From a virus (lineage: Duplodnaviria; Caudoviricetes): DNA of 63,229 nucleotides. The position numbers were made by a program, and so were the translations under genes. Positions 27,228 to 38,300 of the stretch are shown one piece after another (within the stretch, counting starts at the first letter, position 1; each line of letters starts with the position of its first letter). A model generated the notes under the pieces. That model searched no databases, was not told where the DNA came from, and saw only the letters and a list, made by a program, of their open reading frames with translations. The stretch lies in IMG/VR virus record IMGVR_UViG_3300046004_000392, positions 1-63,229 of that record; one strand, given 5' to 3'.

Positions 27228-27725
27228 ATGTTATCAATCATATCAGGACTATTAGGCATAGGTTCATCAGCGCTACCCAGTATACTAGGCTTCTTCCAAC
27301 AAAAGGGAGACCAAAAGCACGAAATGGCTATGGCTCGGTTGCAGACAGAACGTGAAGCTGCGATGGCTGCAGCTGGCTTCGCATCGCAAGAAAAGATTGA
27401 AGCTATCAAGCTAGAAGAAATTGAAGTGCAAACTTACGCGCAAGAGCGCGAGGCTTTATATAACCACGACATGAAGATGATGGACAAGGCTTCTCAAGCT
27501 ACCGTAGACCTAAACGCAAAAGTACGTCCTATAATAGCGTTTACTTTTGTTGGCTTGCTTGTATTAGTAGACCTTGTTGGCTTAGGCTGGGCAATATATA
27601 CTGGTGTTGAGTTTACGACGGCAATGAGCTTAGTCTTTTCTGATGATGAAATGGCAATTGTAAGTAGCATAATTGGCTTCTACTTTGGTTCTCGTCAATG
27701 GGAAAAGCACCGTGAAGGCAAGTAA
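27228..27725 (+). CDS. Putative holin (3-TM type)
   Basis: VRPIIAF, two C-terminal TMs, IIGFYFGSR; overlaps lysozyme start. Confidence 0.75.
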   Translation: MLSIISGLLGIGSSALPSILGFFQQKGDQKHEMAMARLQTEREAAMAAAGFASQEKIEAIKLEEIEVQTYAQEREALYNHDMKMMDKASQATVDLNAKVRPIIAFTFVGLLVLVDLVGLGWAIYTGVEFTTAMSLVFSDDEMAIVSSIIGFYFGSRQWEKHREGK

Positions 27726-28206
27726 AGAACTATTTAAAATGCTTAAACACCACGAGGGCGTTCGGTACAAACCGTATCAATGCCCTGCAAAACTTTGGAC
27801 GATAGGCGTCGGGAGTGTGCTGTATCCAGAACAAGCAAAAATACCGTCAAGTATAGACGGTATGGAGAGGCGCAAGGCGTGGCCTGTTAAACCAGAAGAC
27901 AATCGTAGATGGAGTGAGGAAGAAGTTGACAAGTTATTGGCTAAGGATGTCGCACGATTTGAACGAGGGCTTGCCCGTTATCTACCTATACGACTTTCAC
28001 AGAATGAATACGATGCTATTCTTAGCTTTTGCTTTAATCTTGGTCTTGGTACATTTCAGCGGTCAACCCTCCGTCAGGCGCTTTTGCGTGGGGATAAAGC
28101 AGGTGCTATTGCGAGCCTTCTCAAGTATAATAAAGCCGGTGGTAAGGTCTTGAAAGGACTAGATAACCGCCGTAAAGACGAAGCAGCACTGTTTTTGAGA
28201 GAATAA
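27712..28206 (+). CDS. Endolysin, GH24 lysozyme
   Basis: HEG...YQC...WTIG catalytic motif; FNLG; GLDNRRKDEAALF; likely GTG start 27712. Confidence 0.9.
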   Translation: MKASKELFKMLKHHEGVRYKPYQCPAKLWTIGVGSVLYPEQAKIPSSIDGMERRKAWPVKPEDNRRWSEEEVDKLLAKDVARFERGLARYLPIRLSQNEYDAILSFCFNLGLGTFQRSTLRQALLRGDKAGAIASLLKYNKAGGKVLKGLDNRRKDEAALFLRE

Positions 28207-28207
28207 T

Positions 28208-30154
28208 ATGCCATTATCCAAACTTGTATTTAAACCAGGAATCAATAAAGACCAGACTAACTACGCCTCTGAGGGCGGATGGTTTGATATGGATAAGGTT
28301 CGCTTTCGTTCAGGTTATCCTGAAAAGATTGGTGGCTGGTTAGTACAAACGTTCCAACAGTACGCAGGGGAAGCAAGATTACTGTTTCCCTGGGGGTTAA
28401 CTACAGGCAATAGACTTCTGTGTATAGGCACTAATGAAAAGATATATGTTACTGCTGGTACAACTTTGTATGACATTACACCAATCAGAATAACCTATAC
28501 AAACGGCACTACGCCATCAACGGGAAATTGCTTTGGTACAACTAATGGGTCTACTACAGTATTAGTTACACTTGCAGGTCACGGTGCTGACGAAGGCGCG
28601 TATGTTACGTTTAGTGGTGCTGTAGCAGTAGGTGGTGTAACTGCTCCAAACTTAAACAAAGAATTTAAGATTAGTAACGTCACTACAAATACGTTTACGA
28701 TTACTGTAGCAAGTGCCGCAACATCAACAGTAACGTCTGGTGGTGGAACTGCAATAACAGCAGCTTTTCAAGTTAACATTGGGTACCCAGTAGTAACAGC
28801 AGGGTATGGTTGGGGTACAGGCACTTGGGGTCGGGGTACTTGGGGATCAAGCTCAACCTCACCTATATATTTTGATGCTAGACTATTCTCCGCAGACAAT
28901 TTTAACAACGACTTAATATTTAACATTGCTGATGGCAGCATATATTATTGGACATACGACGCTAATTTTAGTAGTCGTGCAGTTTTAATGTCCTCATTGG
29001 GAGGCGCAGTAGCTGTGCCCCAACAAGTAGGTACCATAATATTTGCGCCTTCTGGGCATCTGATAGCAATGAGTTGTACTGAATACGACGCTGGTGGCTC
29101 ATCTCCAAATTACCTAGGCCCACTTAATCAGTTATTAGTTAGATGGGCGGATGTATCTGCAGATATTGGACCAGACCCATTAAATTGGAAACCGGAATTA
29201 ACTAACACCGCGGGATTTTTGTACTTGCAGTCAGGTACAAACATTATCACCGCATTCCACGCTAAACAAGAAACACTAATATGGACTGATATCTCCTTAT
29301 CGTCAATGCAGTTCTTAGGTACAGCGGAAGTATTTGGGGTTCAAGAAATTGCTAATGGGGTATCAATTATTGGTGGAAATGTCGTTGCCTCAGCTAACAA
29401 CGTTATTTACTGGATGGGTAACGATAAGTTCTACACATATAATGGTCGAGTAGATACATTACCGTGTACTTTACGGCAATATGTATTTGAAAACATAAAC
29501 CGACAACAAGGGCAAATATTCCTTGCTGGTACAAACAATCAGTTTAATGAAATAGTTTGGTTCTATTGCTCCGCTAACGCATCTGAAATAGATAGATACG
29601 TAATATATAACTACTCAGATAACATCTGGTATTACGGCAATATAAACCGAACTGCTTGGATAGATGCCGGTATATACACATACCCACTAGCTGCTCACGA
29701 CGGGTGGGTATACACGCATGAAAATGGAAACGACGATGGGCAGCCGCTAGGTGTAGCTCCAATAGCTATGGAATCTTATATCCAATCTGCTGATGTAGAT
29801 ATAGAAGACGGAGATAAATTTATGCTTATCCGCCGTATTATTCCAGACGTTAACTTTACTAATTCAGAGACTACCAACCCAGTAACAGGGGCCCCAATAA
29901 CACCAGAGGCAACGATTACAGTTGGTGTCCGGAATTTCCCAGGAGCTGCTAGCTCAACTACGAATGCATCTGGAATATCATCTAATAGAGATATCGTAAC
30001 GGCATCAGCAACTATTAATCAGTATACGAATCAAGTATTCATTAGGGCGCGTGGTCGTCAAATGAACTTTAGAATCGAGTCTAGTAACGTGGGTACGCAG
30101 TGGCAGTTAGGTATGCCTAGAGTTGATGCACGACCAGACGGAACAAGGGGATAG
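28208..30154 (+). CDS. Tail tubular B / DNA-stabilisation (nozzle) protein
   Basis: 648 aa beta-propeller-like; VRFRSGYPEKIGGW N-terminus; precedes ejection proteins. Confidence 0.7.
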   Translation: MPLSKLVFKPGINKDQTNYASEGGWFDMDKVRFRSGYPEKIGGWLVQTFQQYAGEARLLFPWGLTTGNRLLCIGTNEKIYVTAGTTLYDITPIRITYTNGTTPSTGNCFGTTNGSTTVLVTLAGHGADEGAYVTFSGAVAVGGVTAPNLNKEFKISNVTTNTFTITVASAATSTVTSGGGTAITAAFQVNIGYPVVTAGYGWGTGTWGRGTWGSSSTSPIYFDARLFSADNFNNDLIFNIADGSIYYWTYDANFSSRAVLMSSLGGAVAVPQQVGTIIFAPSGHLIAMSCTEYDAGGSSPNYLGPLNQLLVRWADVSADIGPDPLNWKPELTNTAGFLYLQSGTNIITAFHAKQETLIWTDISLSSMQFLGTAEVFGVQEIANGVSIIGGNVVASANNVIYWMGNDKFYTYNGRVDTLPCTLRQYVFENINRQQGQIFLAGTNNQFNEIVWFYCSANASEIDRYVIYNYSDNIWYYGNINRTAWIDAGIYTYPLAAHDGWVYTHENGNDDGQPLGVAPIAMESYIQSADVDIEDGDKFMLIRRIIPDVNFTNSETTNPVTGAPITPEATITVGVRNFPGAASSTTNASGISSNRDIVTASATINQYTNQVFIRARGRQMNFRIESSNVGTQWQLGMPRVDARPDGTRG

Positions 30155-30156
30155 TA

Positions 30157-30387
30157 ATGGCGCTTAAATCTTTTGCACCACCAAGCTTACCATTACCTCC
30201 AACTGAGTACTCAGCACAGTATTTTAATCAGCTAGTGCGTTCATTAAACACATATTTTCAGCAAGCGGGCTCGACAACACCCATAGTTGTTGATAGTATT
30301 ACATTTAATAATTTACCTACTAGTTCAGCAGGTTTACCCGTCGGAAGTGTGTGGAATGATGCCGGCACTTTAAAGATAGTTATCTAA
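30157..30387 (+). CDS. Small hypothetical virion protein
   Basis: ORF in tail module. Confidence 0.65.
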   Translation: MALKSFAPPSLPLPPTEYSAQYFNQLVRSLNTYFQQAGSTTPIVVDSITFNNLPTSSAGLPVGSVWNDAGTLKIVI

Positions 30388-30396
30388 GGATTTAAT

Positions 30397-31932
30397 ATGG
30401 CAACACAAAGAATGGCACAGGGATTAGCAAGCTTAGGTCGTAACGGGGACTCAATGCTAATGCACGTATCACCAGAAGAAGTTTCTGGTCTGCAACGATT
30501 AGGTAAGCCGCACGGTATATCACTAACTGTTAACCCACATACAGGCTTGCCAGAAGCATTTAGCTTCGGTAAGTTCTTTAAACAATTTGCTCCTACGCTA
30601 GTAGGCGCAGCGTTAGCCCCAGCAACAGGTGGTGCATCACTAGGCTTAACAGGTATGGCTGCTACAGCAGCTCCTATCCTAGGTGGTTTGGCTACAGGTG
30701 TAGCGTTAGGCCAAGACCCACTTATGTCCGCTATGGCTGGCTTTGGTGGGGGTAGTTTAGGTAACGGCATTGCAGGGATGAGTAGTGGTGCAGGTGGTAC
30801 AGGTGCTGCCGTAGGTGAGACTACATTGAATTCAGCTCCAGGGTTTGCTGCTGAAACAGTAGCATCGGGTACACCTGACGCAATCACTGCCGGGCAAGCG
30901 GCTAGCAATGCAGAGACTGCAGGAAATATTGCAAAGTATGGCGCTATGGAGAATGGTGCAGCGCCAGCTGGTGGGATAGGTAACTTAGCTACAGGCTTAC
31001 AAAACATTGGACAAGAAGGTAGTTGGGATGCGTTTAAAGCTGGAATGGGCGGTGCAGGTGGCCAAGCATCAAATACTCAAGCTGCGTTAGCAATAGGTAT
31101 GCCAGCAGGTATGAGCTACCTAGCTGGTGCAATGCCTCCAGTACCGGGAGAAAACGAGGAAGATAAGTACGATCCTAATAGAACATTAAACTTAAACACT
31201 GACACTGCATTAAACTTAGATACCAATACAGGTTTAAAACTATTAGCGCAAGGTGGCATGACCTCAGGTGGATCTACATCCGTATACGGTAATCAAGATG
31301 GCACTGCAGCACAAAACACACTAAAAGAAGGATATGGCTTAGGCCGACTAAATACGCTGGCAGCTGCTAATACTACTGCAAATGCTGAGATGGGTGGGTT
31401 TGCAGAGGGTGGTAATGTTAGGGTTAATTTAAATACGCCTAGCGGGTTAACACAGCCTAATCCTACTGGAGGTTATTTTAAGGGTGTGAATTTACCAGAG
31501 GGTGTGATGGAGGGTGTGATGGATTATACGCCCGCTAATAAACCTGGATTTATGGCAAGTATGTTAGAAAATCAAGATAGAATTCAAACTATGTTTGCGC
31601 CATTAATGGCGACTATGAAAGACCGAAATGAGTCAGGAAGGCCATTAGGGTTAAGCCTTGCCAAAGGTGGGTTTGCTAAAGGCGGTTACTTAGATGGTGC
31701 TGGTGACGGCATGAGCGATTCAATCCCTGCTACAATAGAGGGCAAGCAGCCAGCTCGTTTGGCTGACGGCGAATTCGTTATTCCTGCTGATGTAGTTAGT
31801 CACTTAGGTAACGGCTCAACCAAAGCAGGTGCAAAACATCTATACAAAATGTTAGATAAAGTTCGCAAAGCTCGTACAGGCAATAAGAAACAAGGTAAAC
31901 AAATTAACCCTAGTAAATACATGCCTGCATAA
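30397..31932 (+). CDS. Internal virion/ejection protein
   Basis: GRNGDSMLMHV...NPHTGLPEAF start, G/A-rich, GDGMSDSIPA...LADGEFVIPADVV end. Confidence 0.7.
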   Translation: MATQRMAQGLASLGRNGDSMLMHVSPEEVSGLQRLGKPHGISLTVNPHTGLPEAFSFGKFFKQFAPTLVGAALAPATGGASLGLTGMAATAAPILGGLATGVALGQDPLMSAMAGFGGGSLGNGIAGMSSGAGGTGAAVGETTLNSAPGFAAETVASGTPDAITAGQAASNAETAGNIAKYGAMENGAAPAGGIGNLATGLQNIGQEGSWDAFKAGMGGAGGQASNTQAALAIGMPAGMSYLAGAMPPVPGENEEDKYDPNRTLNLNTDTALNLDTNTGLKLLAQGGMTSGGSTSVYGNQDGTAAQNTLKEGYGLGRLNTLAAANTTANAEMGGFAEGGNVRVNLNTPSGLTQPNPTGGYFKGVNLPEGVMEGVMDYTPANKPGFMASMLENQDRIQTMFAPLMATMKDRNESGRPLGLSLAKGGFAKGGYLDGAGDGMSDSIPATIEGKQPARLADGEFVIPADVVSHLGNGSTKAGAKHLYKMLDKVRKARTGNKKQGKQINPSKYMPA

Positions 31933-32342
31933 TGGGGTTAAAATCCGTACATCCTAATGACGTATACAGTGTATGGGATACTGTAGTACCCTACTTTGAA
32001 CGGGCACTTAGTCATTCTGGTGGAGAATACAGTGTTGAGCATCTAAAGCTATACCTTACTGAAGGTAGGCAAATGTTACTGATTACAGTAGATGCTAATG
32101 AAAAAATAAACGGCGCTCTTACTATAGAGTTCATTAATATGCCAAACGAACGCATTGCTTTTGTTACAGCAGTGGGCGGCAAAATGATGACAGGCAAAGA
32201 CAACTGGGCGCAGTTCGAAGATTGGTGTAGATTTAACGGCGCTACTATGATTAGAGGCGCTGCACATGAATCAGTTGCACGGCTATGGAAACAACTATTT
32301 GACGTTGAGAGCCGATATATAATGGTGGAGAAAAGAGTATGA
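31932..32342 (+). CDS. GNAT-like protein in ejection module (tentative)
   Basis: Size, position and alpha/beta pattern. Confidence 0.4.
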   Translation: MGLKSVHPNDVYSVWDTVVPYFERALSHSGGEYSVEHLKLYLTEGRQMLLITVDANEKINGALTIEFINMPNERIAFVTAVGGKMMTGKDNWAQFEDWCRFNGATMIRGAAHESVARLWKQLFDVESRYIMVEKRV

Positions 32343-33637
32343 AATACGATCACTTAGGCATGTTGCCTGAACAAGCATTTAAGCCTATTGGTAAACGCAT
32401 GACCTTAGAAGGTGGCGGTGGTGGCGGTGGCGACCAAAAGTCATACTCAACAAACTTACCTGAATACGCCAAACCGTACTACGAAGAGTTACTAAAACAA
32501 ACGGGTAAGCAAACGTTTGATACCGATGCGGAGGGTAATGTTACTGGCGTTAAAGGTCCTACAAACTTACCGCAACAATCAGTTGTTGGGTTTAATCCGT
32601 ATCAACAACAAACACAACAGAACATTGCTAACCTAGCTACTCCAGGCCAATTTGCTCAGTCTACACAAGGTTTAGGCACAGGTCAGCAACTAGGTTATGG
32701 CACTGCTATGGCCGGGCTTAATCAAGCGTTCGGATACCAACCATCTAGCTATCAAGCGCAACAAGTAAATGCCCCTACCCTACAGAACTACCAAATGACG
32801 GGCCCGCAAAACGTTGGCTCTCAAGTATTTGGTCAGGGTGCTGCAGATTACTACTCAAACCCATATGCACAAAACGTAACCAACACCGCATTACGTGAAG
32901 CGATGCAAAAAGGTGCGATGGATAAAAACGCCTTAATGAGTGGGTCTATTAGCCGTGGTACATTCGGTGGTGGACGTAACACTTTATTACAAGCAGAACA
33001 AAACCGTGGGTTAAATCAGCAGTTAGGTGATATCCAATACCGTGGTGCTTCTGATGCGTACACTAACGCACAACAACAGTTCCAAGCAGATCAACAACGT
33101 CGTATGCAAGCAGATTTGGCTAACCAACAAGCTGGTCTAACTACAGGTCAACAAAACCTACAAGCTTTACTACAAACTCAAGGTTTAGGTGCAGGACAAA
33201 ATTTACAAGCACAGCAACTTAACCAACAAGCAGGGTTATCTGCTAACCAACAAAACCAACAAGCTCAACAATATGCTGCAGGCTTAGGCAAAGATTTAGG
33301 TTTAGCTGGTATGCAAGCAGGTATAGATACATCTAAAGCATTGGGCGCATTGGGTACCGAGCAACAACAAGCGGACTTGGCAAGATTGCAGGCTCAAGCT
33401 GGTGCTGGTGCAACTCAACAGCAACAAGCGCAAAAAGAAGCCGATATCAATTACCAAAACCAAATGGCTCGGGAAAACTTCCAAAGACAACAGTTACAAT
33501 ACTACAGTGATATACTACGTGGTAATGCGGGTGCGTTAGGTTCTACACAAGTAAACTACACGCCAGCACCGTCTACTGTGTCACAACTTGGTGGTTTAGG
33601 TTTGGGTGCGTTAGGTTTAGCTAAAGCCTACGGTTAA
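32339..33637 (+). CDS. Q-rich DNA-injection/pilot protein
   Basis: GGGG linker, YSNPY, FGGGR, Q-rich helices, hydrophobic C-terminus. Confidence 0.7.
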   Translation: MKYDHLGMLPEQAFKPIGKRMTLEGGGGGGGDQKSYSTNLPEYAKPYYEELLKQTGKQTFDTDAEGNVTGVKGPTNLPQQSVVGFNPYQQQTQQNIANLATPGQFAQSTQGLGTGQQLGYGTAMAGLNQAFGYQPSSYQAQQVNAPTLQNYQMTGPQNVGSQVFGQGAADYYSNPYAQNVTNTALREAMQKGAMDKNALMSGSISRGTFGGGRNTLLQAEQNRGLNQQLGDIQYRGASDAYTNAQQQFQADQQRRMQADLANQQAGLTTGQQNLQALLQTQGLGAGQNLQAQQLNQQAGLSANQQNQQAQQYAAGLGKDLGLAGMQAGIDTSKALGALGTEQQQADLARLQAQAGAGATQQQQAQKEADINYQNQMARENFQRQQLQYYSDILRGNAGALGSTQVNYTPAPSTVSQLGGLGLGALGLAKAYG

Positions 33638-33646
33638 GGATAATAT

Positions 33647-35347
33647 ATGAACATAGCAAAAATACAAAGCCAACTAAAACTAGTACCTGATAGTACCTTA
33701 GCTGGGTATGTGCAAAACCCAGACGGTCAAGTACCTTCCTACTTAGCGCTATCTGAGATATCTCGTCGTAGTCTTCTTCGCAAATCTGCAGCACCTAAAG
33801 AAGAAGCACCTACCGAATCTGTGGCTGAGCAAACTGTTGCGGAAGTTAGTCCTGGTATTGCAGGCATACCGCTTAAAGACAACTCAATGTTCTCTGAAGA
33901 GACTATGGCAGGTGGTGGCATTGTTGCGTTTGCTGGTCCGGAAGGGTCACTTGTGCAATCTGGGTTTGATCCGTACGGCACTATTACAGCATCTGAGTAC
34001 AAAGCCTTACCGACAGAACTACAAGTTGCATTTGAAGGTAAGATTCAAGCCCCTCACGGACTAGACGCTATCAAGGTAACTGATGTAAAAACTGGGAAAA
34101 CAGAAATTAAGAGAGGTCCAGCAGCGAGTACCAAAGTAGCTGCTAACCCAGTTCCAGTTGCATCTCCACAAGGCGGAGCTGGTAATGTACCACTAAGTGA
34201 TTATGAAGCAAGGCGAAAAGAATACTTTGCTAACTATCAGGGCAGCTATGATACGCCAAACTTTATGCAAGAGTTTGATACTCCGCAAAAACAAAAACCG
34301 GTGGCACCTGCACCTACTGGCGGCATTACGACTGGTTTAAAAAACGCATTCTCTGACGTAACTGTTCCAGATAGAGTTACACTAGACAGAGATGAGATGG
34401 TTGGCGAGGCTCCAACATTATCAGGCATTCGAACATCACGTAAAGATGCGTATACAGCAGAAAACGTAAACGAGGACTTGTACAATACCGGCCTAGAAAA
34501 TATTAGGGCACAAAAAGAAGAACTTAAGACCAAAGGTAAAGACCAGGCCATCGGTGAATTCCTAATGAACTTAGGTTTCGGTGCTGCTGGTGGTACAAGT
34601 CAAAATGCAATAACCAATTTTAGTCAAGCTTCAGGTCCCGCAGGTAAAGAGTTAATTGGAACCTTAGGTAAACTTAAAGATAAAGAAGAGAAAGTTAACG
34701 AGCGTGAGTTTGCAATGATGGACGCACAGAATAAGTTCCGTCAAACTGGTGCAGATGCTGACTTACGTAACTTGCAAGAGCAAACAAAAGATTACCGCAA
34801 TGCTAAACGTGAGTACGCTAAAACAGATGCTCAGTTGCAAGATACACATGTAGGACGTAAATTCTCATTAGAAACAAACAAAGCAAACGAAGCAGGTCAA
34901 AATGCCCGTGCAGAACTTTCTGCTAAGTTACAAGCTCAGCAAATAAACGTAAGTGCATTTAGTGCGGACACACAACGCATGATTGCTAATAAACCGGAAC
35001 TGTTTAATACAGTACTTACTAACCTTGAGCAAAGCGATGCGTATAAAAATGCAGATGGCGTAGGTAAAAACAAACTAATCACAGACGCAATCTCTGACGC
35101 TAAGTCTACCTCTGCTGTTAATGATAGTACCCTACGTACTAAAGCGTTAGAAATTACGTCTAACTACTTTGCGTCAGGTGGAGCTGGTGCTAAGGCGTAC
35201 AAAGAATTGCTAAAAACTAACCCTGATGCGGCTAAAAAAATGTATAACGATTACTTCAATCAGCAACTAGGATTAGCTAAGTCTACATTAGCTTCAGCTC
35301 CAGCAGGTGTGCTACAATACGACCCTACATCAGGAACAATAAGTTAG
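33647..35347 (+). CDS. Internal virion/ejection protein
   Basis: MAGGGIVAF motif; helical; between pilot and giant protein. Confidence 0.65.
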   Translation: MNIAKIQSQLKLVPDSTLAGYVQNPDGQVPSYLALSEISRRSLLRKSAAPKEEAPTESVAEQTVAEVSPGIAGIPLKDNSMFSEETMAGGGIVAFAGPEGSLVQSGFDPYGTITASEYKALPTELQVAFEGKIQAPHGLDAIKVTDVKTGKTEIKRGPAASTKVAANPVPVASPQGGAGNVPLSDYEARRKEYFANYQGSYDTPNFMQEFDTPQKQKPVAPAPTGGITTGLKNAFSDVTVPDRVTLDRDEMVGEAPTLSGIRTSRKDAYTAENVNEDLYNTGLENIRAQKEELKTKGKDQAIGEFLMNLGFGAAGGTSQNAITNFSQASGPAGKELIGTLGKLKDKEEKVNEREFAMMDAQNKFRQTGADADLRNLQEQTKDYRNAKREYAKTDAQLQDTHVGRKFSLETNKANEAGQNARAELSAKLQAQQINVSAFSADTQRMIANKPELFNTVLTNLEQSDAYKNADGVGKNKLITDAISDAKSTSAVNDSTLRTKALEITSNYFASGGAGAKAYKELLKTNPDAAKKMYNDYFNQQLGLAKSTLASAPAGVLQYDPTSGTIS

Positions 35348-35359
35348 TAGGAGTAGGGT

Positions 35360-38300
35360 ATGCCGATAGTAAACGTCCCTGGAGTTGGTCAAGTTAACTT
35401 TCCCGACTCGATGAGTCATGAGGATATAGTTAAGGCAATACAGACTAATATTCTTCCTAGTGCAGCTAAGCCACAAGCACCTGCCGCAGCTCCAGCAGAA
35501 CCATCCAGCTTTATGCGTCGTGTCGGTGACGTAGGACTTAGCACAGCTCAAGGTGTTGTTGGGTTAGGTGAAGCAGCGTTAGGTATCGCTGATATTCCTA
35601 CTATGGGTCACGCAGGTCGTGGTGCTGAGATTGCCGAGAAAGCTATATTCGGCGGTACAACAAAAGATGCGCAAGCATACCTAGAGTCACTAAAATCTCC
35701 AGAAGCTAAACTAGCACAAGAAAAAGTAGCCGCAGCTAAAGGGTTCTTACCTACAGCTGGTGCACTACTTGAAAACCCATCCGCACTAGTTGGTACAGTA
35801 GCAGAGTCACTTCCATCTATGGTTGGTGGCGCTGGCTTAGCCCGTGCTGGTATGAAAGCACTTCCTACATTAGCTGAAAAGGCGGGAGAAAAAGCTGCGT
35901 TATATGCTGGTGCAGCTGGCGAAGGTGCAATCAGTGCCGGGTCTACAGCCGAATCTATACGTCAGCAAGATAAATCAGGTTTAATTTCTCCCGAACAAGC
36001 GGCTATATCAGGTGTTAGTGGCGTACTTACAGGTGGGCTAGGCATATTCGGCGGCAAGATGGCTGCTAGATTTGGTGTGTCTGATGTTGATACGCTAATG
36101 GCGGGTGGTGTTAAAGACCTAGCTAAGAACGCGGAGAAACAATCTATACTTAAAGCCGCAGCTAAAGGTGCGTTGGCAGAGTCTGTATTTGAGGAACTCC
36201 CTCAATCAATGCAAGAACAGATATCAATGAACGTTGCTACAGGCAAACCGTGGGACGAGAACGTTGCTGAAGCTGGTGCTACTGGTGCAATGGCTGCACT
36301 CGTTATGGGTGGTGGGGGTGCAGGCGCATCTCAAGCACTTACTAATGCCAATATAAAAGCACAAGCGAAAAAAGACCAGCTAGCTGCTACTCAAGAAGAA
36401 TCAAAAGCAGGTAAGAGCCTGTTTGAAGAACAAGACGATGAAGATGCAGGAGAAAGTCCCTTTGCCCCATCAGCTGTAGACTTAGCTGCAATGGAAGAAG
36501 AAAAAAAGGCTAAAGAAAAATATCTATCTAAGACACTAACTGCACAAGAACGTGATGCTAAACGCGAAGCGGAACATCCGTTTGGCGACACAATGCTTGA
36601 TGAGAAGACTGGCTTCCCGTTGTTTTCACGTCGTGAGGATGAATCACACAAAAAAGACTATGTTGCATTAGTTAATACAATAGGCAAAGAAGCATATTCT
36701 CCAGATAGAGATAGTCCTTTTTTCGGGGACACTAACTATGCTGGTACCGTAATGGACGTATTTCACAGCAGAGAATTTAATGATGCTGACACAACTAACC
36801 CTGAAGTAGCTGAAAGACTATACAATAATTTAGCCTTAAGTTTAGACGCTAACGGATACTCAAAGTATTTACAGCAAATAGACCCATACACACCCCCCAC
36901 ACGTCAAGAAGCGCCATCAATGCCAGCTGCCGAAGATGTGCAGCAAGAATTTAAACTAGCTAGTCAAAAAGTTAACGACGCAATCGCTAACAAAGACGAA
37001 GCCGCGTACGAGAAGGCGCTAGAAGAACTTAAGATTGCTAGAGAGAAAGCACAGACAATCCAACCCGGGTTTCAAGCACCGCTATTCGCTCAGCAACAAG
37101 GTCTCGACTTCAATCAAGAAATGCCTGTGGCACCAGAAGGTCAAGCTGCAGTAAAACCACCTACTATTGGCCAGCAAGGTTTAGACTTTACGCAAGAACA
37201 ACAAGGTGAGTACACCCCACCAAAAGTAGAAGCGCCTAAGTTTGGCTTTACTACTGATACATCAGCTGCCCCACTACAACAATTCTTATCTCGGTTTAAA
37301 CCGCGTTCTACTAGCGAAGCCGAAAGAGAAAAGCAGCAAGCAGCGTTGTTTGGTAAGCAAGAAGCAGATGGCAGTCGTATGGGTGGGCTATTAGACCAGA
37401 TTGCTGAGTTATACGTAGACGATTCTTCTGCGGAACAATTAGCTTACTCTAAGGGAGTGATTGATTCATTCTTTGATAAGTACGCGGCTACAGACCGCCC
37501 TAGTAAGCAAGCTGCATTAGATAACATAAACAACTTATCTGCAGAAGACCAAACACGAGTACTTAACGACTACACTCGTCTACCAGACTTAACCACTTAC
37601 GAAGGCGTTAAGAAATTATCCGACGCATTCCAAGACCACGTTGCCGAAGCTGAGTTAGCTGGGTTAGGTATCACCAAATCTTCCAGTGCGTACAAGCAAG
37701 CGGATGAAGCGGTACGTAGCTTACGCAAAAAACCTAGGTCCCAATACGACGAACAAGAACAAGCTGCTTACAATTACTTTAGTAACTATGGTTTAGATTT
37801 AGCATTACGTTCAGCTGCATTTGATATATCTGTTAACACTCCACGCAACCAACTATACCGTGGTCAAGGCAAGGATTCGGCCTTGCAATTCCAAGAGTGG
37901 TTAAATAACAACGCTCTTGAAAGTGCCAAAAAGTTTGACAAGTATCTTCGTGCCTATAAGAAGCAATACGAAGGATATAAAGCATTCCAAGAAATACAGA
38001 AAACTAAAGAGTCCGAAGCCGAAACCGTCGCGGACTACGTAGCAGCGGAAGATACGAAAAATGGTAGGGCACTACTATCCCCAGCGGATAAAGAACGTAG
38101 TCAGATGATGCTAGCGCCGTTGCACCCAGTCGCTAAAATGCATATTTTAAACAATAACTTGAACGGCGTACTTACTACTATTGCATCTACTTCCCCATCT
38201 CCATATCAACGTAGGCTAGCAGCACGATTAGCTGAACTAAACTTATACACCGCTATCGGTATTGATAATATTGAAACTATACTTGAGGACTATACCCCAC

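Noticed and set aside
30384-31007. Long antisense ORFs in the late arm (also 41194..41739, and 50920..51450 opposite polA)
   Set aside because: Typical antisense shadows of biased coding sequence; no SD or recognisable motifs
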